A stretch of DNA of 64,000 nt from Cyanobacteria bacterium auto_48_18 (GCA_036170915.1 JAVHQC010000015.1:1-64000), one strand, 5' to 3'. Counted from the first letter of the stretch, positions 1-9,823 are shown. Made by a program: numbers and translations. The notes: a model not told the origin generated them from the sequence alone.

Positions 1-128
1 CTTCCAAGTACAAATCTCGCCGCCAGATTTATGCGCTATTTAACCGCCGTCAACACTCTGCATGCTTCGCTGCGTTCGGAAACCGGTAGAATATTCGTTG
101 TGCTTAGGATATTGGGAGAATTTCTGAC

Positions 129-848
129 GTGGCTGACGGGTGGTGGCAAAAGCTTGCTCAGAAACTGCGGTCGATGACCGCCGGTAATTTGTCACCAGAA
201 ACAAGCAAGCGAAAACAGCCATCTTTCACGAACTTTCAAATGGTATTTGATCTGACTCGTGAACCGAAGCCGAACTTAGGACTGCCACCAAATGCAATCC
301 CTGGACTGTCCGTCATAAAAGAACTAGTCCGCGGATTGCGCTATCGAACAGTTGATCAGTTGGTCGGGCTTAAGGTAGAGCTGACGTCCATTGAAAAGGC
401 ACCCGATGAACTATGCTCGTTGATTCGTCAGCATGGCATTGACGTTGCGGGAGATATCCAGGATTTAAGCGCAGGTGCGTTTTTGAAATATGGTTTGCTG
501 GATTACGATTTCGTTGTGGTCAGCACCGACTTGGTTGCCGAACGCCAGCGAGTTCGGTTTCTGAAGGATATGGGTCTCTTGTCTGATAAGAAAGACGTCG
601 ACGACTCTGTATTTCCTGATGCGGGGATAGGTTTCCTTGAAGAGATGCTCGATGAAATAAGAAAGAACAAATTGGTGGTCAAGATTTTGCTCGACAGCCA
701 AGGAGCTTATCGCGGAGCGCAAGGAGCGCTACAGGAGCAGTGGATGAACGCTGATCCGGATCAGTACTTCCCATGCGAATTCGTTGTGCGCGATGCTTGT
801 CTCACTAATTGCAGCTTGATTTGGCTAAATAAGCACTTTTATTTGTAG
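129..848 (+). CDS. Hypothetical protein (239 aa)
   Basis: GTG start with GGGAGA SD-like sequence upstream and an in-frame upstream stop; no recognisable motif. Confidence 0.6.
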   Translation: MADGWWQKLAQKLRSMTAGNLSPETSKRKQPSFTNFQMVFDLTREPKPNLGLPPNAIPGLSVIKELVRGLRYRTVDQLVGLKVELTSIEKAPDELCSLIRQHGIDVAGDIQDLSAGAFLKYGLLDYDFVVVSTDLVAERQRVRFLKDMGLLSDKKDVDDSVFPDAGIGFLEEMLDEIRKNKLVVKILLDSQGAYRGAQGALQEQWMNADPDQYFPCEFVVRDACLTNCSLIWLNKHFYL

Positions 849-910
849 ACGGTTGCCTTCTTCCCCACTAATGGCGTGCCACCATCGGTCCGGCGCCCTT
901 AGTCGCACTC

Positions 911-2296
911 TCAAACGTAAAATGATAAACCGATTGCCAGGGCGAGGAAGACTCGGAGCAATTCACATCTGCGGGGCGGAGACAGGCGTGTTTCAACGAC
1001 AGTGGCAATTTCTTTCCGTGCAACGGTCAGTGACCGATGACCTTCTGCCAAAGCTAATAGCAACAAACTGTTGTGCTCAGCTGCTTGTGAGTTGCCTCGG
1101 ATCAGGTTGAGCGTAGTGAGTTCATTCAGCGACTCCATTAGCACTTGGAGGTTTGTAGCCTTCGAGCAGTCTCGTGCCGTGCGCATGGTGAGCGTGGCTA
1201 CTGACAGCTCCTTGGCGAGCGAGCATCCGACGCCAGAGCCAAAGATTGCGAAAAGCGTTAGTGAAGCGAGCGCCCACAAAGGTGTGCTCTCGGCAGAAGT
1301 TTGATGTTTCTCGAAACTTCGGCGGAATAGCTCTGATTGTTCTTTATCACCATTGCGCTGGGCTAAATATTGAATGATTGGTGTGCAAACAAATGGTTCT
1401 TCATCTATTGAAGGCAGAAGACGAGCTGCTTCAGCAAGGAGTCGCTTGGATTCTTGTTTGTTGCTTTCGTCTTGGAGAATCGCCATCTGGGCAAGTGCGT
1501 CAACACACTTGGTGATAGCCTGGTTCTGCTGATATAGCGATAGAGCTTTGTTATGCCAATAGATTGCTTCGGAATCGCGGTTCACTCGACCTTGCCCGCA
1601 GGTGAGTCCGAGGTAGAAATACCTACCAGCCATTTGAGGGCTCTGGCAGCCATACACTGCTGCAACTGCGGCGTTCTTCATGCGAAGAGTGTTAGGGGCC
1701 TCGTGCGTTGTTGAAGAGTGCCACGCCGCCATAGAGCTGTAGCGTCCGCTCGCCTTGTTGTGATTCAAGTCCGGAGCGCTCCGGTAAATGTGTTCTGCGA
1801 GTTCGTATTGTCCGACATCGCTCATCAGGCATGCGAGAGCCTTAGCGCTGTTATCGAAGATGCATGTCGAGAAAAATGCTGAAAATACCAACAACGTCAT
1901 GCAACTTGCAAGCAAGTAACTGACCTGCAACCCGCTTAGGAGCCGGTTTCGCTGGAGAATTTTTGTCCAATCTTTTTCCGGTGCAAAGAGGCGGCGCTCT
2001 TTTTGAGTGCACAGGGCGGTGAAGCCTATTAGCAGCGCCATTACGCCCGCAATGACTAAATCCTGAAAACCAGCTCCCCAGCCAGCATAGAATTGCTGAG
2101 CACAACCGATGCGCTCCCATGCTTTCGAAAGCCAGCTGATAAGCCATAAGGGCAGTGCCAATCGAAGTAGAGCACGATTAACGCCAGACAGAAACGGTAT
2201 GAATCCACTCAGTCGAAAACCGGTGAATTTCCGGAAGAACAAAATGAATTTGGTATTGGCTTTGTGGTTCGACATGTCTTGGGCAAATTTTGCCAT
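911..2296 (-). CDS. Hypothetical membrane protein with a central TPR-like helical region
   Basis: 461-aa ORF with several hydrophobic segments and TPR-like 'EAIYWHNKALSLY' pattern. Confidence 0.6.
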   Translation of the reverse strand: MAKFAQDMSNHKANTKFILFFRKFTGFRLSGFIPFLSGVNRALLRLALPLWLISWLSKAWERIGCAQQFYAGWGAGFQDLVIAGVMALLIGFTALCTQKERRLFAPEKDWTKILQRNRLLSGLQVSYLLASCMTLLVFSAFFSTCIFDNSAKALACLMSDVGQYELAEHIYRSAPDLNHNKASGRYSSMAAWHSSTTHEAPNTLRMKNAAVAAVYGCQSPQMAGRYFYLGLTCGQGRVNRDSEAIYWHNKALSLYQQNQAITKCVDALAQMAILQDESNKQESKRLLAEAARLLPSIDEEPFVCTPIIQYLAQRNGDKEQSELFRRSFEKHQTSAESTPLWALASLTLFAIFGSGVGCSLAKELSVATLTMRTARDCSKATNLQVLMESLNELTTLNLIRGNSQAAEHNSLLLLALAEGHRSLTVARKEIATVVETRLSPPRRCELLRVFLALAIGLSFYV

Positions 2297-2628
2297 TAGG
2301 TCCGCTATGTGGATACAGTGTAATGGTTCAGGTCCAGCTCAACTACCCGGTTTTTCCCACCATACACTGCCTTCAGTTCAGGCTGTAGTAAGGAGAAAAG
2401 TAGCAGAAAGCGGTCCTTCGAGCCGAATCAGATTTCGATTACGTTCAGAAGCCTTGACTCTTTTGTTGCCTCTTCATTGCTCTCGCCCAATTCGAACTTA
2501 GCGACGGCTACTGTCCTCGCAAGTCGGGGCTTTCTGTGTATGCTTAGTCGGAGGTTATGGCCCCTTTCGTGGCCCGTCAATTTCATTTTGGGGAATTGAA
2601 ATCACTTAGTTTGTCAGGATTTTTTGAG

Positions 2629-4341
2629 TCACCAAGTAGCTAGTAATTTTGAAACAAGTTCACGCACTGAATCGTTCTTGCTTTTTTTGTACGATTCGAT
2701 AATTTCCTTCGATGAGTCGCCCTTGATCTTTCCTAGTGCAACTAAGTACGTAATTGCGTTCAAGTCGTTTGGAGGTTCCTCACGGAGGACTTGCACGATA
2801 ACCGGTACTGAGCTTTCATCGCGTAACTGTCCTAGTCCTGCTACTGCGAATCTCTTCATGAAGATGTCTTTTTTGCTTTGCAGAATAGATCTGAATAAGT
2901 CTCGATCTTTCGCACGCGGAAAAGCCGCCAGGTACTGGAGGGAACTCCGGTACCAATCAGTTGATTTCTTCGTGTCGCTTTCTAGCAAGCTTTCGTATAC
3001 GTCTTGAAGTCCATCAATATTGTTTTGTATTAACAGCTCCGTCAACGCAACTGTCCGAAGGTTGGGGTTGCGAATGAGATTTGGCAATTGTTTTGTCAAC
3101 TGGGATGACTTATTTCCATTAAGGCTGACAGCAGCCGAGTATCTTACCGTTGAATCAGAGTCTGAGAGTAACTCTATGAGCAGATTGACACTCTCGTCGT
3201 CCTTTCGGTCCGCCAGAGCGCGAGGGAGTTCGCGCAAAATATTGTGATTTCTCGTTTTCCGAATCGTATGCTTAACAGCATCGAGTAAGCTGTCGGAAGA
3301 TAGTAGTGGTTGGTCGTCCACGAAAAACACATACTCTGAATCAACTTTATTGTCGCGGATCAGCATGAGCCATTTAAGCACTGATTCCTTGCGAGGCGAT
3401 TTCAAATAGGCATCAAGAATGTCCTTTGAAATTTCGGAATTGCTCGGTATCAGAGTGGATAAAAATTCTTGATCGGCTGGCGTCGGACTATTTGCTAAGG
3501 CTTCTAAGGATATTTCTCTGATCGATTCATCCTTAAGCAGGGGGGCTAGAAGTTGCTTCAAATTCCCCATACCCAGCGCTGTAACAGTGGAGATGGCGTA
3601 ACCCTTAATTGATGAGTCCCAGCTTTTAATAGCTTCTCTTATGACTTGCTCGGTCTTCGGGGTAAGTCCTGTTTCTGAAAGGCTCTGAATGGCTAAAATC
3701 TTGGCCTTTTGATTTTTCGAATTGATCTTTTCATAAGCGGTGCGCCGAAGTGATTCCTTGTTCAGTCTCATGTAGAAGGGGAGCATGTGAGCATCGCCAA
3801 ATTCTTCATTCTCGACTAGAAAATCGAAAAGATCAGAAGTGTGACTGTCCTTTAAATAGAGAAGAGCGAGTCCTGCCCAGAGCTTCCCGTCCTTGAAGGA
3901 CTCCCCTTTTGCCGCCTTTAGAAGCAAATCGTTGAACGAGTTATCGCCGACGGAAGCGACTGTTATGTATCCCAAAACGCGCTGATATGGGTTAGAGGAT
4001 TGGAGCAAAGTGCTGATGCTCTTGCCGTAAAATGGTTCGTTCTTGAGCTTTGCAAGCGGGAAGTAAGTTGTCTTCCGTCCTTCAATTGCGTTTGCCAATT
4101 CTGTTGTATCTACTCCGGTCATGACGTACCCTGAGTAGTCGCGGAAAATCTGATTCAGATCATCCTCAGAAAACTTGGACCCTACGGCCTTTTTGAATTC
4201 TTCGATGTATCCCTGATAAGTCTGGCTCTGCGGATTGCTTGAAACAGTCCCACCAACTTGAACCTGCTCAAAATCCATTTGCCCGTGAGCGGAGCAAGTC
4301 GCAAAGAGAAAGACGGTTGCTGTTGTAATGAGGCTTTTCAT
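2629..4341 (-). CDS. Secreted HEAT-repeat protein
   Basis: N-terminal signal peptide (MKSLITTATVFLFATCSAHG) and repeated HEAT/PBS-lyase-like motifs (LLSDSDSTVRYSAAVSL; KRFAVAGLGQLRDESSVPVIVQVL). Confidence 0.7.
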   Translation of the reverse strand: MKSLITTATVFLFATCSAHGQMDFEQVQVGGTVSSNPQSQTYQGYIEEFKKAVGSKFSEDDLNQIFRDYSGYVMTGVDTTELANAIEGRKTTYFPLAKLKNEPFYGKSISTLLQSSNPYQRVLGYITVASVGDNSFNDLLLKAAKGESFKDGKLWAGLALLYLKDSHTSDLFDFLVENEEFGDAHMLPFYMRLNKESLRRTAYEKINSKNQKAKILAIQSLSETGLTPKTEQVIREAIKSWDSSIKGYAISTVTALGMGNLKQLLAPLLKDESIREISLEALANSPTPADQEFLSTLIPSNSEISKDILDAYLKSPRKESVLKWLMLIRDNKVDSEYVFFVDDQPLLSSDSLLDAVKHTIRKTRNHNILRELPRALADRKDDESVNLLIELLSDSDSTVRYSAAVSLNGNKSSQLTKQLPNLIRNPNLRTVALTELLIQNNIDGLQDVYESLLESDTKKSTDWYRSSLQYLAAFPRAKDRDLFRSILQSKKDIFMKRFAVAGLGQLRDESSVPVIVQVLREEPPNDLNAITYLVALGKIKGDSSKEIIESYKKSKNDSVRELVSKLLATW

Positions 4342-4513
4342 GAATGGAAATCGGAACTTGCAAGGGTATTTTCGCCAATCGTAGCACTCGCGGACTTGCG
4401 TTCACTGACGGCTCACCAACAAGTATATTCGCTAGAACGGGTATATTCGCTGTACAGTAAATATTGCGAATACTGTAAATAACGACGTTAGAAAAATCCT
4501 GGATAATCTCCTG

Positions 4514-4545
4514 AAAGCCTCGGCCTGTTTGGGTCGGGGCTTTTT
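4514..4545 (+). terminator. Intrinsic terminator-like hairpin in a divergent intergenic region
   Basis: AAAGCCTCGGCCT-GTTT-GGGTCGGGGCTTTTT: GC-rich stem with G-U pairs and a T-run. Confidence 0.5.
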
Positions 4546-4596
4546 GCTGGGCAATTAGTATCATTAGGTCGTGTCGGGCGGGAGGAGTCGAGTTAC

Positions 4597-5994
4597 GTGT
4601 TCAAGAACGGAAGAAATTTTGACTTCATTATCCTCTCGGCCATGGTTGCGGTCTTTGTGTTTGCAATGACCTCTACAAGTAGCGGCGGCGCGCAGCAAAC
4701 TGCAAAGAGAGGAACTATGTCAGAAGAGCAGCAACAGACCGCATTGGCATTCATAAGTAGTCTCACGAAGGGCGAGTTCCAAGAATCGACCACATATTTC
4801 GATGCCACCATGAAAGCTGCCATGCCGGCTCAGATGGTTAGTCTCGTATGGCAGCAGCTAAATCAAAATGGTAAGTACGCAAAGACTCTTCCTCCGCGCG
4901 TGGAAATAAGCGGTGCTCACACTATCATTCTAACGCCCGCTGTTTTCGGTACAAAGACAGTTGATCTGAAGATTGTCTTCTCTGGAAGTGAAAAGATATC
5001 TGGATTTTTCATAGTGCCACATTCAGATGAATTTAAAGACGCACCATATGTGAAACCATCGACTTTTTCGGAAGAGAAGATCAATGTTGGCGCCGGGAAG
5101 TGGCAATTGGACGGGCACTTAGCTCTTCCTGCGGGAAAGGGACCGTTCCCTGCTGTGATCCTTGTACACGGCTCGGGGCCTAATGATGAAGATGAAACAG
5201 TCGGACCGAACAAGCCGTTCAGGGATCTTTCAGGCGGTCTTGCCTCCAGAGGTATTGCCGTTCTTCGCTATAACAAGCGCACTAAGCAACACGCAAGCAC
5301 TCTGTCTACCCAAGACTTAAAAACTATTACCGTCAAGGAGGAAACTCTGCAAGACGTGCTAGAAGCAGCCAAGGTTTTACGCGGCGATGCTAGGATCGTT
5401 TCGTCAGAAATTTTCGTTATAGGGCATAGTTTGGGAGGGATGCTAGTCCCAAGGATTGCAGCTCAAGATCAGGAGCTGCGCGGTCTAATCATGTTAGCTG
5501 GAGCAAATCAACCGCTTGAAGATGCGATGGTAATGCAGGTCGAGTACATAAATTCTCTTGGTGGTTCTCACTCAAGCGATGACAACAAGTTTCGACACTT
5601 ACTGGAAGAACGCGCGAAAATTAAAGCCCTAACGCAGAAAGATGCTGAGAATGGACCCCTAATATTAGGAGCGTATCCAGCATACTGGTTGGATCTTCGC
5701 GAGCATGATCCATTGCAAGAAATTGGAGAACTGAATAAACCCTTGTTGATTCTGCAGGGTGAGCGTGATTACCAGGTCACCGCTGATGGTGACTTTGAGC
5801 GGTGGAAGGCGGCGGTAGACAAAACTGGAAAAGCTAATCAGTGTCAATTTAAACTCTATCCTGGACTAAATCATCTCTTCATGAGCGGTTCTGGAAAATG
5901 CTCTCCGCAAGAATATGAAATACCATCCCATGTGGACGAAATGGTCATTGACGATATTAGTAAATGGATAAAGAACCAGTGTGTACGTGATTGA
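4597..5994 (+). CDS. Exported alpha/beta hydrolase (esterase/peptidase) with N-terminal DUF3887-like domain
   Basis: GGAGGAG SD before GTG; hydrophobic N-terminus; VHGSGPND, nucleophile GHSLGG, QGERDYQV and LNHLF motifs. Confidence 0.85.
   Translation: MFKNGRNFDFIILSAMVAVFVFAMTSTSSGGAQQTAKRGTMSEEQQQTALAFISSLTKGEFQESTTYFDATMKAAMPAQMVSLVWQQLNQNGKYAKTLPPRVEISGAHTIILTPAVFGTKTVDLKIVFSGSEKISGFFIVPHSDEFKDAPYVKPSTFSEEKINVGAGKWQLDGHLALPAGKGPFPAVILVHGSGPNDEDETVGPNKPFRDLSGGLASRGIAVLRYNKRTKQHASTLSTQDLKTITVKEETLQDVLEAAKVLRGDARIVSSEIFVIGHSLGGMLVPRIAAQDQELRGLIMLAGANQPLEDAMVMQVEYINSLGGSHSSDDNKFRHLLEERAKIKALTQKDAENGPLILGAYPAYWLDLREHDPLQEIGELNKPLLILQGERDYQVTADGDFERWKAAVDKTGKANQCQFKLYPGLNHLFMSGSGKCSPQEYEIPSHVDEMVIDDISKWIKNQCVRD
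5750..5983 (+). repeat. Repeat A, copy 1 (234 bp, 3' end of hydrolase gene)
   Basis: Matches 7466..7699 with 6 substitutions counted by eye and no indels. Confidence 0.95.
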
Positions 5995-6106
5995 CAAGGA
6001 TGGTTTAGTTGCTGTATCTGGAACTCCCATTCCTTTCCCCGTTTCTTATTATACTTTAGCTGGTTTTGGTATAATAAGGATAGGTTGATGCGAACGGAAG
6101 TATCAT

Positions 6107-7285
6107 ATGGATCCGAAGTCGTTCTTAAAGCAAGCGCCAGGCTCATTGAAGCAGATTGAACAGGGATGTTACGCGTTCTTGCCAAACTTACTACCGCCTG
6201 ACATAAAGCTTGATTGGGAACTTGTATCGCTAATCTCGGCGGCCAGTGCGGCTCTGGCAGAGCTTGCTGGAGCAACCAGTGCTTTGCCCAATCCGCATCT
6301 CCTAATTCGACCTTTCATCGGTAGAGAAGCCGTTCTTTCAAGCCGTATTGAAGGAACGCAGGCGTCACTGTCTGATGTTTTGCTTTTTCAAGAATCAGAG
6401 AACAGCTCGCCAGAGAACAATCGAGAAGACATTCTGGAAGTTCTAAATTACATTCATGCACTGGACTATGGGCTCAAAATGTTAGACGAGCTGCCACTTA
6501 GCATTAGATTCATGAGGAATTTACATGGGATTTTGATGAAAGGTGTCCGCGGCGAAAATCAGGCAGCTGGCGAATTGCGCCGTATTCAGAACTGGATAGG
6601 CGCTCCAGGATGTACGAAAAACAATGCCAGGTACGTGCCACCACCGGTTCCAGAAATGAAGCAAGCTTTAAATGATTTGGAGCTATATCTCAATGGAAAG
6701 GACAATTTGCCTGCATTGGTTCGCCTTGCAATAATTCATTATCAGTTTGAAGCAATTCACCCTTTCGTTGATGGAAACGGAAGAATTGGTCGGTTGTTGA
6801 TAACGTTGATACTTTGCAAAGAACAATTATTGCCACAGCCACTACTGTATTTGAGTGCATATTTTGAGAGTCACCGCCAGCAATACTACGACTTGCTTCT
6901 CTCTGTAAGCCAGGAGGGTAATTGGGGCGGGTGGCTATCATTTTTTTTGACAGGTATAATAGAGCAGTCCAAAGACTCTCTATTGCGATCGAAGAAGCTA
7001 GTGGATCTGCAGCATAGATACCGGACGACTCTTCAGTCGTTGCGATCATCCGGTTTGCAGCTTCAACTTTTGGATCATCTATTCGGTGCTCCGTATGTGC
7101 GTGTAAGTACGGTTGCTAATGCGCTGAGCATTACTGTCAGAGCGGCGCAGCTAAATATCGATAAGTTAGTTGAGCAGGGCATCCTCACTGAGCTGACAGG
7201 CGGAAAACGGAATAGAGTTTTTGCAGCAAGGGAAATTTTGAGAATTACAGAATCCGAAAAACTTTTGGACCACGAGCTAATGTAA
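6107..7285 (+). CDS. Fic/DOC family protein (class II, AMPylase-type) with C-terminal HTH
   Basis: Canonical HPFVDGNGRIGR Fic motif; N-terminal inhibitory SSRIEG motif; C-terminal winged-helix-like region. Confidence 0.92.
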   Translation: MDPKSFLKQAPGSLKQIEQGCYAFLPNLLPPDIKLDWELVSLISAASAALAELAGATSALPNPHLLIRPFIGREAVLSSRIEGTQASLSDVLLFQESENSSPENNREDILEVLNYIHALDYGLKMLDELPLSIRFMRNLHGILMKGVRGENQAAGELRRIQNWIGAPGCTKNNARYVPPPVPEMKQALNDLELYLNGKDNLPALVRLAIIHYQFEAIHPFVDGNGRIGRLLITLILCKEQLLPQPLLYLSAYFESHRQQYYDLLLSVSQEGNWGGWLSFFLTGIIEQSKDSLLRSKKLVDLQHRYRTTLQSLRSSGLQLQLLDHLFGAPYVRVSTVANALSITVRAAQLNIDKLVEQGILTELTGGKRNRVFAAREILRITESEKLLDHELM

Positions 7286-7362
7286 GTTTCTGGGAAACCA
7301 ACTATTGGGTTCCCTTGCCTGCTATTAAACCTTGCAGCTAATCACTAACACCGTTACTCTAC

Positions 7363-7454
7363 ACTGCTGTTCACAAGCTACTCTAGTAAGACAGAACTAG
7401 CAATACCGCTAACCGCCGTTCAATAGACGCCTCTAGCAGCGCTTGTCTCCTTCC
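7363..7454. repeat. Repeat B, copy 1 (~92 bp non-coding)
   Basis: About 90% identical to 11928..12020 (ACTGCTGTTCACAA...AGACGCCTCTAGCAGCGCTTGTCTCCTTCC). Confidence 0.93.
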
Positions 7455-7465
7455 TCTTTTGTTTG

Positions 7466-7713
7466 TTCTGCAGGGTGAGCGTGATTACCAGGTCACCGCT
7501 GATGGTGACTTTGAGCGGTGGAAGGCGGCGGTAGACAAAACTGGAAAAGCTAATCAGTGTCAATTTAAACTCTATCCCGGCCTAAATCATCTCTTCATGA
7601 GCGGTTCTGGAAAATGCTCTCCGCAAGAATATGAGAGACCGTCCCATGTGGATGAAATGGTCATTGACGATATTAGTAAATGGATAAAGAACCAGTGTGG
7701 CCAAGTGAAATGA
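7466..7713 (+). pseudogene. Repeat A copy 2: duplicated 3' fragment of the alpha/beta hydrolase gene with a different C-terminus
   Basis: Encodes LQGERDYQV...WIKNQC like the hydrolase C-terminus, then GQVK-stop; lacks the nucleophile and an SD. Confidence 0.85.
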
Positions 7714-7747
7714 CGTGCTCTCGTAGTTTTAGCCAGCGACTCGATCG

Positions 7748-7954
7748 CTAGATCTCTTTATGTTTTGCCCACTTGCCCATTAGCTCGCAAGCTACTGCCA
7801 CCATATCTGGGTCGAATTGTTTTATGTACTCGTCATAAGATTTGAAGCGAGAGTCTGTTCTTAAGGCTTCAAGAATTTCGTCATGAGTTAGCCCGCTGGA
7901 CAGTAGCTCCTGAAGAGCGTCCTGATATTGCGCGAGTAGCGACTGCTTATGCAT
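7748..7954 (-). CDS. 68-aa helical protein, probable MNIO partner
   Basis: Start overlaps the DUF692 stop (ATGCATAA); helical LLAQYQDALQELL...FDPDMVAVACELMGKW pattern. Confidence 0.7.
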   Translation of the reverse strand: MHKQSLLAQYQDALQELLSSGLTHDEILEALRTDSRFKSYDEYIKQFDPDMVAVACELMGKWAKHKEI

Positions 7955-8831
7955 AGGAGAACTCCAAAATCTCTTCTATAGTTTCGAAGTCTTCGCGAAA
8001 TTCTTGTTGCGATTCTGGATCCGTCATGGTGTTGCCCAATCTCTCTAATATTACAAATTCAATATTCGGACAGAGCTTTGGCGCCAGAGCTGCAAGATTG
8101 AAAACCTCTTGTGGCACCCCATCATCATGAGTATCTCGTCGCACCGCAGCTCGGCTGCCAGATACCGATGCGCTCCAAGATCCACCGGACAAATGCAATT
8201 CGCGAACCTTGGACAGTGGATATGAGTTTAGCAGTTCAAGTTCTGGTACGCCAAAATTCGCTACTTGGCAGTAAATATTGTGTAAGTCTAATAGAAGAAA
8301 ACCATCGACAGCTGTAATTAGCTGATCAATAAAATCACCTTGCCGTTTAACATCTTCAAGACCAAATGCAAAGGCCAAATTTTCAAGCCCAACTGTACAT
8401 TGGGTTGCATCTGTGTACCGCTTCAGCATCTCCTTGCCAATGTGAAGCGACTCAGCGTTCATTGGTACTGCCAGCGGTGCGCCGTGAGCAATGGGGCCTG
8501 CTTCCGAAAAGCCAAAATGTTCTGATGCATGAACATACTTTCGACTTTTAAATTCTTGCTGCGTATATGCTAGCCATGCTTCCTGCCTTTCTGAAAACTG
8601 CGCTGAAAGCGGCGATAGATTAACACCGTGCCCGGTGAGCGCATTTGCTTCGCTGTACTTGTTGAGCAATTCGCTGCACCAGGGTTCGACTGCGACGCCG
8701 TTTAGCGGCAGATCAAAACTCCATTCGAGAGCATTTACTTTGTTGCTCTGAAACAATTCATCAGTAGCTTGCCGAAAATCATCGGTCGGCATCAGCGACA
8801 GTCCGAGCTTAGGTTTTTTGCTATTTGACAT
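7947..8831 (-). CDS. DUF692 family multinuclear non-heme iron-dependent oxidative enzyme (MNIO; MbnB/TglH/ChrH family), 294 aa
   Basis: Family motifs in order: HGVNLS, SEHFGF, LENL, LLLDLHNIY, ELHLSGG, DTHD, VILER; ATG at 8831 overlaps the upstream stop (TAATG). Confidence 0.92.
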   Translation of the reverse strand: MSNSKKPKLGLSLMPTDDFRQATDELFQSNKVNALEWSFDLPLNGVAVEPWCSELLNKYSEANALTGHGVNLSPLSAQFSERQEAWLAYTQQEFKSRKYVHASEHFGFSEAGPIAHGAPLAVPMNAESLHIGKEMLKRYTDATQCTVGLENLAFAFGLEDVKRQGDFIDQLITAVDGFLLLDLHNIYCQVANFGVPELELLNSYPLSKVRELHLSGGSWSASVSGSRAAVRRDTHDDGVPQEVFNLAALAPKLCPNIEFVILERLGNTMTDPESQQEFREDFETIEEILEFSYA

Positions 8832-9823
8832 TAGCCCATGCCGCATGATCCCGAGAAAACACTTACTGTTACCCACCAAATAAGGCCTCCACACCTACCA
8901 TGCTGTGGATAAAGAATCTTTTCGTCTTTGCTGTCGACTAATTTGAACAAAGCTTGCTTTTCGCTCTCTGCCTTTTCCACTTTCCCGAGTTTCATATACC
9001 AGAGCGCCAAGTCTCTATGCACCTTCCGCCTCACGTGATCGCCTGGTAACAATCGGTCCACAATCGCAGCGGCTCTTAGCTTCAATTTTTCACTTTCTTT
9101 AAATTCGTTTTCTGTAAAAAGGTTGATAGTTGCAATCTGCTGTGATTGATGGTCGGCTATGTGAATAGGAATAAGACCATAAGCCATCGAATTTAAAATT
9201 GAAGAAACGGCGTAGATTTGTTCACATTCAACAGATGAGCCCGTTTCAGCGGCGTAGAAGGCTGTTTCTAGCACTTTATCGCATTTCTTCATCTCATCAA
9301 AGTTGCCTAACCGCTTATAAAGGCGCGAAGCGATGAAGTACATGTTTAACTTTGCAAACGTGCCTGAAACATTGTCTAGGTGGGTCACTACCTGATGCAG
9401 AGCTTCAGTTGCAAGAACTAAATTTTCAGCTGATATCTCTTGAATGCCAGAATGTAACTCTGTTTTTGGTTTAGCGCTACTGGCTGCCCGTGCTTCAAAA
9501 GAAGCTTGGTTTGCCCACGAGCCCAATTCGTTGTGCCATCTTGAACTGGGCTTGAAGTGTGTTGGTGCACTAATAATATTTGCAAAAGCCGCTTCAGTCT
9601 TGGTCCTATCACCCCCTTTGAGATAACTTCTCGCTAGGCTGAGCAGGCTGTAAGCGCGGATCTCTGGCGAAATTGTTGTGCTATTTGCCAGTTGCTCTAT
9701 TATCGAATCGGTCGATTGCGTTTCGCTTTCAGAAAAAACAGGCAGCTGTGTATTTAAAACTCCGCTTGCAAAAATTATTGCCAGCAGTGCTTTTTTTCGC
9801 TTTAGTTCTCTTATCTGTGTCAA
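8831..9823 (-). CDS. Exported helical protein with C-terminal CGMG, paralogue 3 (putative MNIO substrate)
   Basis: TTG start with AAGGTG SD; signal peptide; shared SILNSMAYGLIP and DHVRRKVHRDLALWY motifs; ends CGGLIWWVTVSVFSGSCGMG. Confidence 0.85.
   Translation of the reverse strand: MTQIRELKRKKALLAIIFASGVLNTQLPVFSESETQSTDSIIEQLANSTTISPEIRAYSLLSLARSYLKGGDRTKTEAAFANIISAPTHFKPSSRWHNELGSWANQASFEARAASSAKPKTELHSGIQEISAENLVLATEALHQVVTHLDNVSGTFAKLNMYFIASRLYKRLGNFDEMKKCDKVLETAFYAAETGSSVECEQIYAVSSILNSMAYGLIPIHIADHQSQQIATINLFTENEFKESEKLKLRAAAIVDRLLPGDHVRRKVHRDLALWYMKLGKVEKAESEKQALFKLVDSKDEKILYPQHGRCGGLIWWVTVSVFSGSCGMG

Noticed and set aside
5750..7699. A/A' repeat pair as a diversity-generating retroelement TR/VR
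   Set aside because: Differences are not adenine-specific (T/C, T/G and C/T occur), are mostly synonymous, and no reverse transcriptase is in the window.
7459..7713. 84-aa ORF as an independent gene
   Set aside because: It is the duplicated hydrolase 3' end with a chance TTG start, no SD and no nucleophile.
8832..8894. N-terminal extension of the DUF692 ORF given in the ORF track
   Set aside because: It overlaps the CGMG tail of the upstream gene; the ATG at 8831 coupled to the upstream stop is the more plausible start.
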